Shown: piece after piece, positions 14,493 through 27,859 of the stretch
Position numbering within the stretch: position 1 is the first letter of the stretch
How the letters are laid out: every line of letters begins with the position of its first letter
From: the human T2T-CHM13v2.0 reference genome, Homo sapiens
DNA length: 64,000 nt
NCBI RefSeq assembly: GCF_009914755.1
Contig: NC_060931.1
Direction: 5' to 3' (one strand)
Position numbers and translations under genes: made by a program
Notes under the pieces: generated by a model
Database searches by the model: none
Told to the model about the DNA's origin: nothing
Seen by the model: only the letters and a program-made list of their open reading frames with translations

Positions 14493-14852
14493 TTTATTAG
14501 TCCATTCTCACACCATGAAGAAACACCAAAGACTGGGTAGTTTGTAAAGAAAAGAGGTTTAATTGACTCACAGTTCTACATGGCTGGGGAGGCCTCAGGA
14601 AACTTACAAGCATGGCAGAAGGCACCTCTTCTCAGGGAGGCAGGAGAGAGAATAAGTGCCAGCAGGGGAAATGCCAGATGATTATAAAATGATCAGATCT
14701 TATGAGAACTTACTCACTATCATGAGAACAGCATGGGGAAACTGCCCCCATGATTCAATTATTTCCCACCAAATCCCTCCCACAACATGTGGGGATTATG
14801 GGGATTACAATTCAAGATGAGATTTGGTAGGGGACAAAGCCAAACCATATCA
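14493..14852 (-). mobile_element. THE1 (THE1D-like) MaLR solo LTR
   Basis: TATTAGTCC...GGGGAGGCCTCAGGAAACTTAC...CCAAACCATATCA; 5-bp TSD CAGGT/TAGGT. Confidence 0.9.
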
Positions 14853-15243
14853 TAGGTATTTTGATGATGCTACTGTGCTGCTTAGCTACCATGTACACAT
14901 TGTTTTTTACTATATTAATGTTAGTCATATTTTTTACTGTCAAATACTTACACGTGCATAAATGCAAGACAATGATTACTTATCAGTAGCATATAAATTC
15001 AGATTCAGGAATGATACTAATGACCAACAATTATAGATTGTCTACATGGATGGCTGAGATACTGACACATTTGCTCTCTGATAATGCAATGTAGACAAAC
15101 TATTTCAGTACACAATTATAAAAAATATAGGAATTTACCTCCAGCATATGCGTATAAGGTGTATATAAAATATAAATAAATTTTCTGTTTAAACTTGGGT
15201 CCCATTCCCAAGATATCTCATTATGTATATGCAAATATTTCCA

Positions 15244-15517
15244 TTAGGAAGACATAAGAATTGTAAAAATATATGAACTAAACAATGGAGTCCCAAAATA
15301 CTTGAAACAAAAAGAAAAGTAGAAAATTTAACATTAATAGTTTGACATTTCAATATTGAATAGAACAACTAGGCAGAAGATCAACAAGAAAAGAGAACAC
15401 TTGAATGACTCTATAAACCATAGAACACTGCATCTCAAAAGAGTAGAATACAGATAGATCATGCCATACATTTCTTTAGGCCTCAAAGAATATTGAAGGA
15501 TTTGAGTCACACAAAGT
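15244..15517 (+). mobile_element. Old L1 ORF2 endonuclease-region fragment (host L1 resumes)
   Basis: TAGAACAACTAGGCAGAAGATCAACAAG, TAGAACACTGCATCTCAAAAGAGTAGAATACA. Confidence 0.65.
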
Positions 15518-15604
15518 ATTATGGCCTAAATTGTACCCCCTTTGCTCCACAAATTCATATCTTGAAGCTTTAGCTCCCTATATCTCAAAATGTGACTGTA
15601 TTTG
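15518..15604 (+). mobile_element. MLT1 LTR 5' fragment
   Basis: TATTATGGCCTAAATTGTACCCCC...AAATTCATATCTTGAAG...AATGTGACTGTATTTG, then cut off. Confidence 0.65.
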
Positions 15605-16810
15605 CCTAGGAATACAGCTAACAAGGGAGGTGAAAGAGCTCCACAGTGAGAATTACAAAGCACTGCTCAAATAAATTAGAGATGACACAAACAAATGGAA
15701 AAGCATTTCATGTTCATGGATAGGAAGAATCAGTACTGTTAAAATGGCCATACCACCCAAAGCAAATTATAGATCAGTGCTATTCCAATCAAACTACAAA
15801 TGACATTCTTCGCAAAAGCAGAAAAAAATACTCATATGAAACCAAAAAAGTGACTGAATAGCCAACTTGATTCTAAGCAAAAAGAACAAAGCTAGAAGCA
15901 TCAATTTACTCCATTTCAAACTAAACTACAAAGCTACCATAACCAAAATAGTGTGGTTCTGGTACAAAAACAGACACACAGACCAAATGGCACAGAACAG
16001 AAAGCCCCAAAATAAAGGCACACACCTATAACCATTTGATCTTTGACCAAAGCTGACAAAAACAAGCAATGGGAAAATGACTCTTTATTCAATAAATGGT
16101 GCTTGGATAACTGGCTAGTCATATGTTAAAGACTGAAACTAGATCCCTTCCTTATACCACATAAAAATAAATGTAAGATAGATTAAAGATTTAAATGTAA
16201 AAACTAAAACTATAAAAACTCTGAAAGATAACTAAGGAAATACCATTCTGGACATAAGAATGTGCAAAGATTTCATGATGAAGATGCCAGAAACAATTGC
16301 AACAACAACAAAAATGGACAAATGGGACCTAGTTAAACCAAAGAGCTTCTACACAGCAAAATACACTACCAACAGAGTAAACAGACAATCTACAGAATGA
16401 GAAAAAAAAAATTGTAAACTATGCATTTGACAAAGGCCTAATATCCAGAATCTATAAGGAACTTAAACAAATTAACAAGCAAGAAACAAACAACCCCATT
16501 AAAAACTGGGCAAAGAACATGAGCAGATACATTTCAAAAGATGACATTCAGATGGCCACCAAGCATATGAAAAAAAAGCTCAACATCACTACTCATTAGA
16601 CAAATGCAAGTCAAAACCATAATGAGATACCATCTCACACCAGCCAGAAGAGAATGTGAATTCTCACACCAGGTGGGAAGGTGAATTAGTTCAGCCATTG
16701 TGGAAAGCAGTTTAGAGATTTATTAAAGAACTTAAAACAGAATTACCATTTGACTCAGTAATCCCATTACTGGGTATATACCCAAAGGAATATAAATCTT
16801 TCTACTACAA
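15605..16810 (+). mobile_element. L1PA(old)/L1PB ORF2 3' fragment without 3' UTR
   Basis: CCTAGGAATACAGCTAAC...GATGACACAAACAAATGGAAA...CCCATTACTGGGTATATACCCAAAGGAATATAAATC. Confidence 0.88.
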
Positions 16811-16924
16811 GCAGAAGAAAGGAAATTAGAAATACTTTGAAATTAACTAAAATAAAATAAAACATGCAAAAACCTTTGGGATGCAGCTTACGTAGTGCTT
16901 AAATTCCTTCTCTACTGCCACTTT

Positions 16925-17042
16925 GGTTTCAATTTTGTTAATCTTTTCAAAGAACCACCTTTTGTTTTTGATGATATTTTCTATGGTTTTCCCCTGATCA
17001 ATTTCAGTTGTCTTCACTTTGCAATCAAATAACTATCCTGCT
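16925..17042 (-). mobile_element. Inverted L1 ORF2 fragment
   Basis: Reverse complement reads ...AAAACAAAAGGTGGTTCTTTGAAAAGATTAACAAAATTGA, the conserved L1 ORF2 WFFEKINKI region. Confidence 0.75.
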
Positions 17043-17752
17043 TGTGCAGGGACTTGCTGGGTGATTCACACCCATATGAGCCAATGACACACACCCACCT
17101 TCCTCCTTCCCATAGTAGATGCCAAGGCACCCCAGGATCAACTTCAGCCCCTTTAACTTCTGTCAGGGGCTATCCCATCTGTGCAGAGAAGTCTGCTGGG
17201 AAACCAGCCCATCTGGGCCACCAGGACAGCCTTGTGGATACAGGTTCCTGGCCAATATTCACATGTAGCCCCAATAATCTCCTTGGATATTCTCCATGAC
17301 AATCTGGCTCAGAGAGCTATGCTAAACACAGAGTTATCATGAGACTTGCCACAAGCCTGGGCTTGGAGTCTCCTCTCATGCTGAGAAAGCTGCAGTGGTC
17401 ACAGGTTCAAAGAATTCAATGGTCAGTCTGCTTAGAATTTCTGGAAGTCCCTCTATAGAAAGACAGGCACCAAAAAAGCCAAATCGTTAAGACTGAACTA
17501 CATACCTAATCCCTCTATGTACAGACATTGTCACAGGTACAAACACATCAAGAACATTCAGAGAAATATTACCTCACCAAACAAACAAAATAAGGTGCTA
17601 GAAACTGACCCTAAATTGATAGAGATTTATAGTCTATCAGAAAAAGAACTCAAAATAGCCATCTTAAGGAAGCTCAACAAACCTCAAGAAAACACTAAGA
17701 ATCAATTGAGAAACTTATCATAGAAATGTAACAGAGATTGAAGTATTTTAAA

Positions 17753-17781
17753 ACACACACACACACACACACACACGCACA
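17753..17781. repeat. (CA)n microsatellite
   Basis: Read directly from the sequence. Confidence 0.9.
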
Positions 17782-17905
17782 GAAAACCTGGAGATGAAAA
17801 AAGAATAAATGAAATGAAAAAGATGTAATGAAGAGCACAACAGCAGAATTAGTCATAGAAGGGAGAATTAGCACAAAAGCAGACTATTTGAAAATACATA
17901 ATCAA

Positions 17906-18050
17906 GGCCAGTTGTGGTGGCACATGCCTGTAATCCCAGCATTTTAGGAAGTCAAGGCAGGAGGATTGCTTGAGCCTAGGAGTTCAACACCAGCCTGAGC
18001 AACACAGTGAGAGCAACTTATCATCCATTTCTAATAAATGGATGAATAAA
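17906..18050 (+). mobile_element. FLAM-like Alu monomer
   Basis: Single arm GGCCAGTTGTGGTGG...GGAGGATTGCTTGAGCCTAGGAGTTC; TSD-like TTTGAAAATACA(T/C)A(A/G)TCA on both sides. Confidence 0.85.
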
Positions 18051-18140
18051 TTTGAAAATACACAGTCAGATGAGAAAAAAAAATCAAAAGGAATGAACAA
18101 AGCTTACAGGATCTATGGAACAATATCAAAAGATATTGTT

Positions 18141-18226
18141 CAGATATTAGAATTAAATATCAGGTATTGGAATTAACTCCAATATTCAGGTATTGGAATT
18201 AACTCCAATATTCAGATATTGGAGTT
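18141..18226. repeat. 26-bp tandem repeat with an internal quasi-palindrome
   Basis: CAGGTATTGGAATTAACTCCAATATT twice (18161-18212) plus partial flanking copies. Confidence 0.9.
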
Positions 18227-21200
18227 AAAAAGGAAACTGAGAAAGAATAAGAGAGTAGAAAGCTTATTTAAAGAAGTAATGACACAAAACTTTCTAGACA
18301 TAAATAAAGATATAAATAACCATGGACAGGAAGTGAAAAGGTCATTAATCAGGTTCATCCCACATAAGGGTAACCAAGATAATAGCATAATCAAATTATC
18401 AAAGTTTAAAGGCAAAGAGAAGATCTTGAAAACACTAAAACAAAGGAAGCAAATAACATATAAAGGGAATTCAATATGAATGGCAGCAGATTTCTCAGCA
18501 GAAATTTTATAGGCTTCTAGGAATTTAGAAAATATATTCAGAGGGCTGAAGAAGAAAAAAATAAAAACAAAAAACCCTGCTGACCAAGAATACTGTATCC
18601 AGCAAAGCCATCCTTTAGAAATAAAGGAGAGAAAAAGACGTTCCCAGACAAGTAAAAGCCGAAGGAATTTGTCAATACCAGACCTGTCCTACAAAAAAGT
18701 GCTAAAGGAAGTTCTTCCAATCAAAAAGAACAAAAGGACACTATTGTAATTTTTTCAATTATACTGTAATTGTGGTATGTAAACCACTTATATTTTTACC
18801 AAAGCAACTAAAAGACAAATGTATTAAAAATAATAATAATGACAATTTGTTAAGAGATAGAAAACATAAAAAGTACAAATTGTGACATCGAAAATTCAAA
18901 ATTTTGGAGGAGAAGGGAGTTAATGTATACAGGTTTTTTGTTTCTTTTCTTTTTTGCAAAGTTAAGTTGGCATCAGTTTTAAATAATTTGTAATAACTAC
19001 ACCAGGTTTTTTGTAAGGATCATATTAGCCACAAAGCAAAAACCTATAATAGACACACAAAAGCAATACACTAAAATATTCTATCTGAAAAAAATCACTT
19101 CATCAAAAAGGAACATAGTAAGAAAGAAAAAAAGAAACAAAAAAAAGAAAGGCATTAAAAAACAACTGTGAATAAGCAACAAAATGGCAGCAATAAGTCC
19201 CTACCTACCAAGAATAACACTGAATGTAAATAAACTAAATTTTCTAATTAAAAGACACAGTATGGCAGAATGGATTGAAAAACGAGTCTCGGCTCTATGC
19301 TCCTTACAAGAAACTCACTTTGCCTATAAAGACACGTATAGATTAAAAGTGAAGGAATGGAAAAACATACTCCATAGAAATGTAAACCCAGTGAAAACCA
19401 AAACAGAGCAGGAGTAGCTATACTTACAAGAGATACAATAGCTTAAAGTTAAAAACTTAATAGACAAAGGGGTCATTACATAAATACTGAAGGTTTCAGT
19501 CCAGCCAGATAATATAATAATAGAAAAATATATGCACCCAACACCAGAGCACCCAGATATATAAAGCAAATATTAATAGACATAAAGGGAGAAATAGACT
19601 GCAACAGATTAAGAATAAGAGACTGTAATACCCTACTTTCAGCAATAGACAGATTATCCAGGCAGAAAGCCAACAAAGAAACATCAGAGTTAAACTGTAC
19701 TCTACAGCAAATAGACCTAACATATATTTGCAGTACATTTCACCCAACTATTGCAGAATATTCATTTTCCTCATCAGCAAATTCTCCAGGATAGACCACA
19801 TGCTAAGTCACAATACAAATCTCAAAAAATTCAAAAATGTCAAAACATATCAAGTACCATTTTTAACCACAGCAGAACAAAAACAGAAATTAATAACAAG
19901 AGGAATTTTGGAGACTGTACAAATACACAGAAATTGAACAATATGCTCTTGAATGACCAACAGGTCAGTGAATAATTTTGTTTTAATTTCTTAAAACAAA
20001 TAAAAATGGAAACACAACATACCAGAACCTAAATGATACAGCAAAAGCAGTACCAAAAGAGTTTATAGCAACAAATGCCCATGTTAAAAACAATAATAAT
20101 AATAATAATAGGAAGACTTTAAATAAATAACCTAATGATGAAGCTTAAGGAAATGGAAAAGCAAGAACAATTCAAGTCAAAATTAATAGAAAAAAAATAA
20201 TAAAAATTATAGTGGAAATAAAATTAAGACTAAAAATAATTAAAAAGATGAGCAAAATGAAAAGTTTTTTGCAAAGATAAACAAAATCAACAAACCTTTA
20301 TCTAGGCTAAGAAAAAAAGATAAGACTCAAATAAATAAAATCAGAGATTAGAAAGGAAACATTATTACTAATACCATGGAAATACAAAAGATAATTACAG
20401 ACTACTATGAACAACTATATACCAACAAATTAGAAAATCTAGAAAAATTAGATAAACTCCTAAACACACACAACCAATCAAGATTGAATCATGAAGAAAT
20501 TGAAAACCTGAACAGACCAATAATGAGTAATGAGATTGATATAGTAATAAAAAAGTCTTCCACCCAAGAAAAGTCCAGGACTTGACAGTATCAAGCTGAA
20601 TTATACCCAACATTTAAAGAACTAATCTCAGTTCTACTCAAACTCTTCAAAAAATTGAAGAGGAGGAAATACTTCCAAACTCATTCTACAAGGCCAGCAT
20701 TGCTGTGATACCAAAACCAGACAAGGACACAACAAATAAATAAAACTACAGGTCAATATCCCTGATGAATATAAATGCAAATATCCTCAACAAAATACAA
20801 GCAAATCAAACACAAGTCATTAAAAATACCAGTTACAATGCTCAAGTGGGATTCATTCCAGGGATGCAAACGTTGTTCAATATATGCAAATCAATAAATG
20901 TGATATATCGTATCAAGAAAATCAATGACAAAATCCATATGATTATCTCAATAAATGCTGAAGAAGCATTAGATAAAATGTAACATCTTTTCCTGATAAA
21001 AGTCTCAAAAAATTGGGTATAGTTGGAACATTCTTTAACATGTTAAAGGCATGAATGAGAAGAAACTGAAAGCCTTTCCATGAAGATCTGAAGCAAAATA
21101 AGTATTCCCATTTTCACCAATTCTATTCAACATAGTACTGTGAATCCTAGCCAGAGCAACTGGGAAAGAGAAAGAAATAAAGGGCATTCAAATTGGAAAG

Positions 21201-23996
21201 GAAGAAATCAAATTAGCCTTGCTTACAGACATGATTTCATATTTTCAAAAGCCTAAAGACTACCAAAAAACTTTTAGAACTGACACACTCTGTATAGTTG
21301 CAGAATTCAAAATCAATATAAAAATATTAGTAGCACTATATACACTATCGGCAATCAATCTGAAAAAGAAATCAAGAAAGCAATCCAATTTATAATAGCT
21401 TCAACAAATTTTGCCTAGTAATAAACTTAACCAAAGTAGTGAATGATTCTATATAAGAAAAACTATGAAACACTGATTAAAGAAATAGAAGAGGACAGAA
21501 AAAAAATGGAAAGATATCTCATGCTCATGGATTGAAATAATCAACATTGTTAAAATGCCTGTATCACTCAAAGTTATCTATAGCTTCAATATAATCTATA
21601 CCAAAATACCAATGACCTTCTTCACAAAAACAGAAAAAAATCCTAAAATTTGTATGGAACCCAAAAAGAGCCACAACAGCCAAAGCAATCCTAATCAAAA
21701 AGAATAAAGCTGAAGGCATCACACTACCTGATTTCAAATTATAGCATAAAGTTATAGTAACCCAAGCTGCATGGTGCTGGCATAAAAACAGGCATATAGA
21801 CCAATGGAAAAAATAAAGAACTCAGAAGTAAATCTATGCACTTACAACCAAGTAATTTTTGACAAAGTTTCCAAGAGCATACATTGGGGAAAGGACAGTG
21901 TTTAATAAATGGTTCTGGAAAAAGTGGATATCCATATGCAGAAGAATGAAACCAGATTCCTATCTTTCAACATATATAAAATGAATGCCAAAATGGATTA
22001 AAGACTTAAATGTAAAACTGAAAGCTATGAAACTTCTAGAAGAAAATATTGAGGAAATGCTACAGAATACTGGTCTGGGCAAAAAATTTTGAGTAAGACT
22101 CCCAAAAAGCTTAGGCAACCAGAGCAAAAATAAATGGGATTACATCAAGCTAACAAGCTTTTGCACAGCAAAAGACAATCAACAAAGTGAAAAGGCATCC
22201 TAAAAAAAAAAGGTGAGAAACTATTTGCAATCTATCCATCCAACAAGCAATTAATAATCAGAATATTATCAATATATCAGAATAAGAAACCTTATATCAA
22301 ATTTAAAAATCTGATTAAAAAGTGGGAAAAAGACTCAATAGACATTTCTTAAAAGAAAACATACAAATGGACCATGAATATATGAAAAAAATGCTCAACA
22401 TCACTAATCATCAGGGAAATGCAAATCAAAACTGCAATGAGATATCACCTAGTTCCAGTTAAAATGGCTATTATCAAATAGACAATAATAACAAATGCTG
22501 GCAAAGATGAGAAGAAAGATGAACACTTGTACACTGTTGGTGAGAATGTAAAGTAATACAGCTCTTATGGAATACAGTATGAAGGTTGCTCAAAAAACTA
22601 AAAATAGAACTACCATATGATCCAGTATTCCCACTACTGGATATATATTCAATAGAAAGCATATGAATATATCAAAGAGATAGCTGCACTCCCACATTTT
22701 TTGCAACACTATGCACAATAGCAAAAACAAGAAATCAACCTAAGTGCCCATCAATAAATGAATGGATAAAGAAAATGTGGTGTATATTCACAGCAGAATA
22801 TTGTTCATCCATAGAAAAGAATGAAATCCTGTCTTTTGCAGCAACATGGATGGAACTGGAGGTCATTAGGTTAAGTAAAATAAGTCAGGCACAGAAGGAC
22901 AGATATTGCATGATCTCACTCATATATCAGAGCCAAAAAAGCAGATCTCATGGAAGTAGAGTAGAATGCTGGTTACTAGAGACTGAAAAGAAAAGATGGG
23001 GAATTAGGAGGAATTGGTTAAGGGGTATAAAAGTAGTTTAAAAAATAAGTTATAATATTTAATAGCAAAGTAGAGGAATTATAGTCAACAATAATTTATT
23101 ATATATTTCAAAACAGCTAGAAGAAAACAATTATAATATTCCCAACCCAAAAGTAAGATAAATGTTTCAGGTCATGAATATCCAACCCAATTATCCACAT
23201 TTGGTCATATTGTATAAAGGTACTAAATATCACATATACAATATGGTCACATATTGTATATAGGTACTAAAATGTCACATGTAGCTCCCAAATAGTTACA
23301 ACTATTATACATCAATTTAAAAATACCTGACAAAAAATTTAAAATCTTTTTATATAGACTGATGAAAAAAAGAGAAAAGTCTCAAATTACTCAAATGAAG
23401 AAAGAAAGAAGATATATCTAAAAAGGAATATAAGATTTTGAGATTGGAAGGGAACATTAAAACTATATTCATAGATGATATGATATATATATAGAAAATC
23501 ATAAATGATTCACATACACTATAAGTATCATTAGAACTAATAAATGAGCTCAGCTAAGTGGCAGGGTACAAGATCAATATATAAAAATTAATTGTATTTT
23601 GATATACTAGCAATGAACTAAATGATAAATTCCATTTATCATAGCACCAAAAAGAATAAAAAAAATTGATTTAATACAACAAGTGCAAATTTTATATATT
23701 GAAAACTAGATAATATCTTTGAAAGATGTTAAAGAATATCTAAATAAATGGAGAGACATCCTTGTTCACGTAATGTAAGATTAAATATTAAGATGGTAAT
23801 AGTTATTAATTGATCTACAGTTTCAGTGCAATTCCAATCAAATCCTTCCTGTCTCCTTCCCTGTAGAAATTGACAAGTTGATCCCAAAATTCATCTGAAA
23901 AATCAAGGAATCAAGAGTAGTCAAAACAACACTGAAAAATAAAACAAAGTCAGAGAAGTCACACTTCCAGTTTCAATATTTACTACAAAGCTATAG

Positions 23997-25072
23997 TATC
24001 GGGGGAAATTCACCCCTGATATTTCACGTAGGTTCTTTTCTATTTTCCCTAAGTGTTGGCCGGTCTGAGAAATAAAGGGAAAGAGTACAAAAGACAGAAA
24101 TTTTAAAGCTGGGTGTCCAGGGGAGACATCACAAATTGGCAGGTTCCGTGATGCCTCCCAAGCCGCAAAACCAGCAAGTTTTTATTAGTGATTTTCAAAA
24201 GGGGAGGGAGTGTATAAATAGGGTGTGGGTCACAGAGATCACATGTTTCACAAGGTAATAAAATATCACAAGGCAAGTGGAGGCAGGGTGAGATCACAGG
24301 ACTGGGGCAAAATTAAAATTGCTAATGAAGTTTCAGGCATGCATTGTCATTGATAACATCTTATCAGGAGACAGGGTTTGAGAGCAGCCAACTGGTCTGA
24401 CCAAAATTTATTAGGCGGGAATTTCCTCGTCCTAATAAGCCTGGTAGCGCTATGGGAGACCGGGGCATATTTCATCCCTTATTTACAACCGTAAAAGGCA
24501 GGCATCCCCAAAGTGGCCATTTTAGAGGCCTACCCCTAGGCACACATTCTCTTTCTTAGGGCTGTTCCTTGCTGAGAAAAAGAATTCAGCGATATTTCTC
24601 CTATTTGCTTTTGAAAGAAGAGAAATATGGCACTGTCCCACCAGGCCCACAGGCAGCCAGCCTTTAAGGTTATCTCCCTTGTTCCCTGAACATGGCTGCT
24701 ATCCTGTTCTTAAGGTGCTCAGATTTGATATTGTTCAAACACACACACTCTACAAACAATTTGTGCAGTTAACGCAATCATCACAGGGTCCTGAGGCGAC
24801 ATACATCCTCCTCAGTTTAGGAAGATGACAGGATTAAGAGATTAAAGTAAAGACAGGCATAGGAAATCACAAGAGTATTGATTAGGGAAGTGATAAGTGT
24901 CCATGAAATCATCACAATTTATGTTCAGAGATTGCAGTAAAGACAGGCGTAAGAAATTATAAAAGTATTAATTTGGGGAACTAATAAATGTGCATGAAAT
25001 CTTCGCACTTTATGTTCTTCTGCCATGGCTTCAGCCGGTCCCACCGTTCAGGGTCCCTGACTTCCCACAACA
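23997..25072 (-). mobile_element. MER11 solo LTR (HERV-K HML-8)
   Basis: Reverse complement starts TGTTGTGGGAAGTCAGGGACCC...GGCTGAAGCCATGGCAGAAGAACATAAA and ends CCCCCGATA; 6-bp TSD CTATAG/CTACAG, typical of ERVK. Confidence 0.92.
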
Positions 25073-25516
25073 CTACAGTAATCAAAACAGTGTGGTACAG
25101 TATAGAAAAAGCTATACAAAACAATGGGCAAAACTGAGAGTACAGAAATAAGCTGTTATACTAAAGGTCAATTAATTTTCAAAAATGGGTCTAAGATATT
25201 TAATGGGGGGAGATAAAGCTTTTTAAGAAATGGTACTAAGACAATAATATCTTCATACAAAAGAATGAAATTAGAATCCTTCATACTATAAAGGAAAATT
25301 AACTCCATATGAATCATAGACCTAAATGTGAAAGGTAAAACTATAAAAATTCTTAGAAGCCACAGAGGAGTACATTTTATCCTTTAATTAGTAATGGTCT
25401 GTTAGCTAGGATGTTAAAAGCGCAAGTCACAAAAGAAAAAAGTGAATTGGACATTATCAAAATTAAAAAGAAAAAACTTTTTGTATTTCAAAGGATACCA
25501 TCAAGAAAGTGAAGAC

Positions 25517-25862
<346 letters not shown>

Positions 25863-26374
25863 TCAACTTCAACAAAAAGAAAAATAGCCCAGTTTAAAAA
25901 TAGGCAAAAGATTTCTCAAAGAATATCTATTAATGATCAATAGACACACAGAAAGATACTTAATATAATTTATCATTTGGGAAATATAAATCAAAATCAC
26001 AATGAGATATCATACCACTTCATATTCACTAGGGTGGCTAAAATCAAAAGGCAGACAATAAGAAGTGTTGATGAGCATGTGGAGAAGCTGAAATCCTCAT
26101 AAATTGCTGATGAGGTTCTAAAATGGTACAGACACTTAGAAATTTGGCAGTTCACCAAAATATTAAACATGTAGAAACCATATAACCCAGCTATTCAACT
26201 ACTAGTTATATAACCATATGTGAAAATCTAACTTATTAGAAGCAACTTGTGCATGAATGTGCACAGCAATATTATTTCAGTAGCCAAAGAGCAGAAATAA
26301 CTCAAATATCCATCAACTGATAGATGGATCATCAATGTGTTTTATAGTCATACAGTGGAATGCATGGCCATTAA

Positions 26375-27014
26375 TTATGACCCCAAAAATGCTTGGTTTT
26401 GTTTTTCAACCTGAGGAATTTCTGCCTTTCTACTGACAGAGACATTTGTTTTTCCAGCATTCTTGTTAAGGAATGCTGAAAAGCAGGTTTTGTCTTTTAT
26501 CAAGAAATTTCACCATCTTTTTTTATCAAGAGTCCTGAAGAAGAATTAAGGGAACTATGGCATTATAAAACTAAAATTATGAAAGTTCTCAGGAACCCTC
26601 AAACTTCCATGGCCTAAAGTATTATTGTTAGCTTCAATGTTTCTATGGGCCAAGCCATCTGGGACACCTATATCATCTCTCCTGATTGATTAATAACAGG
26701 CTACCTTAGGCATTTGGAAATTTCATTAACAGTCTTAAATTCCACTCAATTACAAACAGATATGACTAGTACTACACGGACTCAGGATATCTCTAGCTCT
26801 AGATCAACAGATAAGAACATTTCTAAAACACCCACCTCTAAATGATCTATAATCTGAAAATGTAATCTTCTGGAAAAGACACCAAAAAACCTGCACTTGA
26901 ACCTCAGTGAAAAGGATCTTATCAGGTACTGTTAACAACTGACACAACAGTAAGACTCCAAAGTAGTGATCCTCAGATTCATGTTTCCTACCTCAAAAGA
27001 TGTTTATTACTTCC
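26375..27014 (+). mobile_element. Class I ERV pol (integrase) relic
   Basis: 26896-27000 translates LEPQ*KGSYQVLLTTDTTVRLQSSDPQIHVSYLKR, matching the gammaretroviral integrase C-terminus (WKGPY.VLLTT.TAVK...WIH.S.LK); upstream TLKLPWPKVLL and FST*GI motifs. Confidence 0.85.
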
Positions 27015-27699
<685 letters not shown>

Positions 27700-27859
27700 C
27701 TTTCTCTTCACTAGTGGGCATTCATTCCATTTACAAATCTTAAAAAAAGGCTGGGGGTGGGGGGTTAGGAATCATTTAGAAGCTGTTTACTTCTTCGGAA
27801 GGGTAGAAGGCCCCTTTCAGTCCTTCTACTCTGCTAGTAAGCTTGCCTATTATTCCAAT

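Larger units (their letters stand above)
13309..15243 (+). mobile_element. Tigger4 (Zombi) DNA transposon, internally deleted, right TIR missing, interrupted by two LTRs
   Basis: Left TIR CAGGTTGAGCATCCCTAAT...; 3' part ACTTGGGTCCCATTCCCAAGATATCTCATTATGTATATGCAAATATTTCC, then an abrupt return to L1. Confidence 0.85.
17043..23325 (+). mobile_element. Near full-length degenerate L1MA-type LINE-1 (partial 5' UTR, ORF1, ORF2, 3' UTR)
   Basis: ORF track fragments: ORF1 (ELKIAILRKL, VESLFKEVM, QITYKG), endonuclease (ITLNVNKLN...LQETH), RT (QVGFIPGMQ...[14 protein letters not shown]), C-terminus (EILSFAATWMELE). L1MA-like 3' UTR at 22930-23325. Many stops and frameshifts. Confidence 0.92.

Noticed and set aside
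18161-18226. CRISPR-like palindromic repeats
   Set aside because: Units are directly adjacent with no spacers and lie within a mammalian L1.
17517-23041. L1 ORF1/ORF2 as functional CDS
   Set aside because: Broken into short fragments by stops, frameshifts and insertions.
24830-25020. Internal direct repeats in MER11 (GTAAAGACAGGC...AATTTATGTTC)
   Set aside because: As I recall, part of the MER11 consensus structure.
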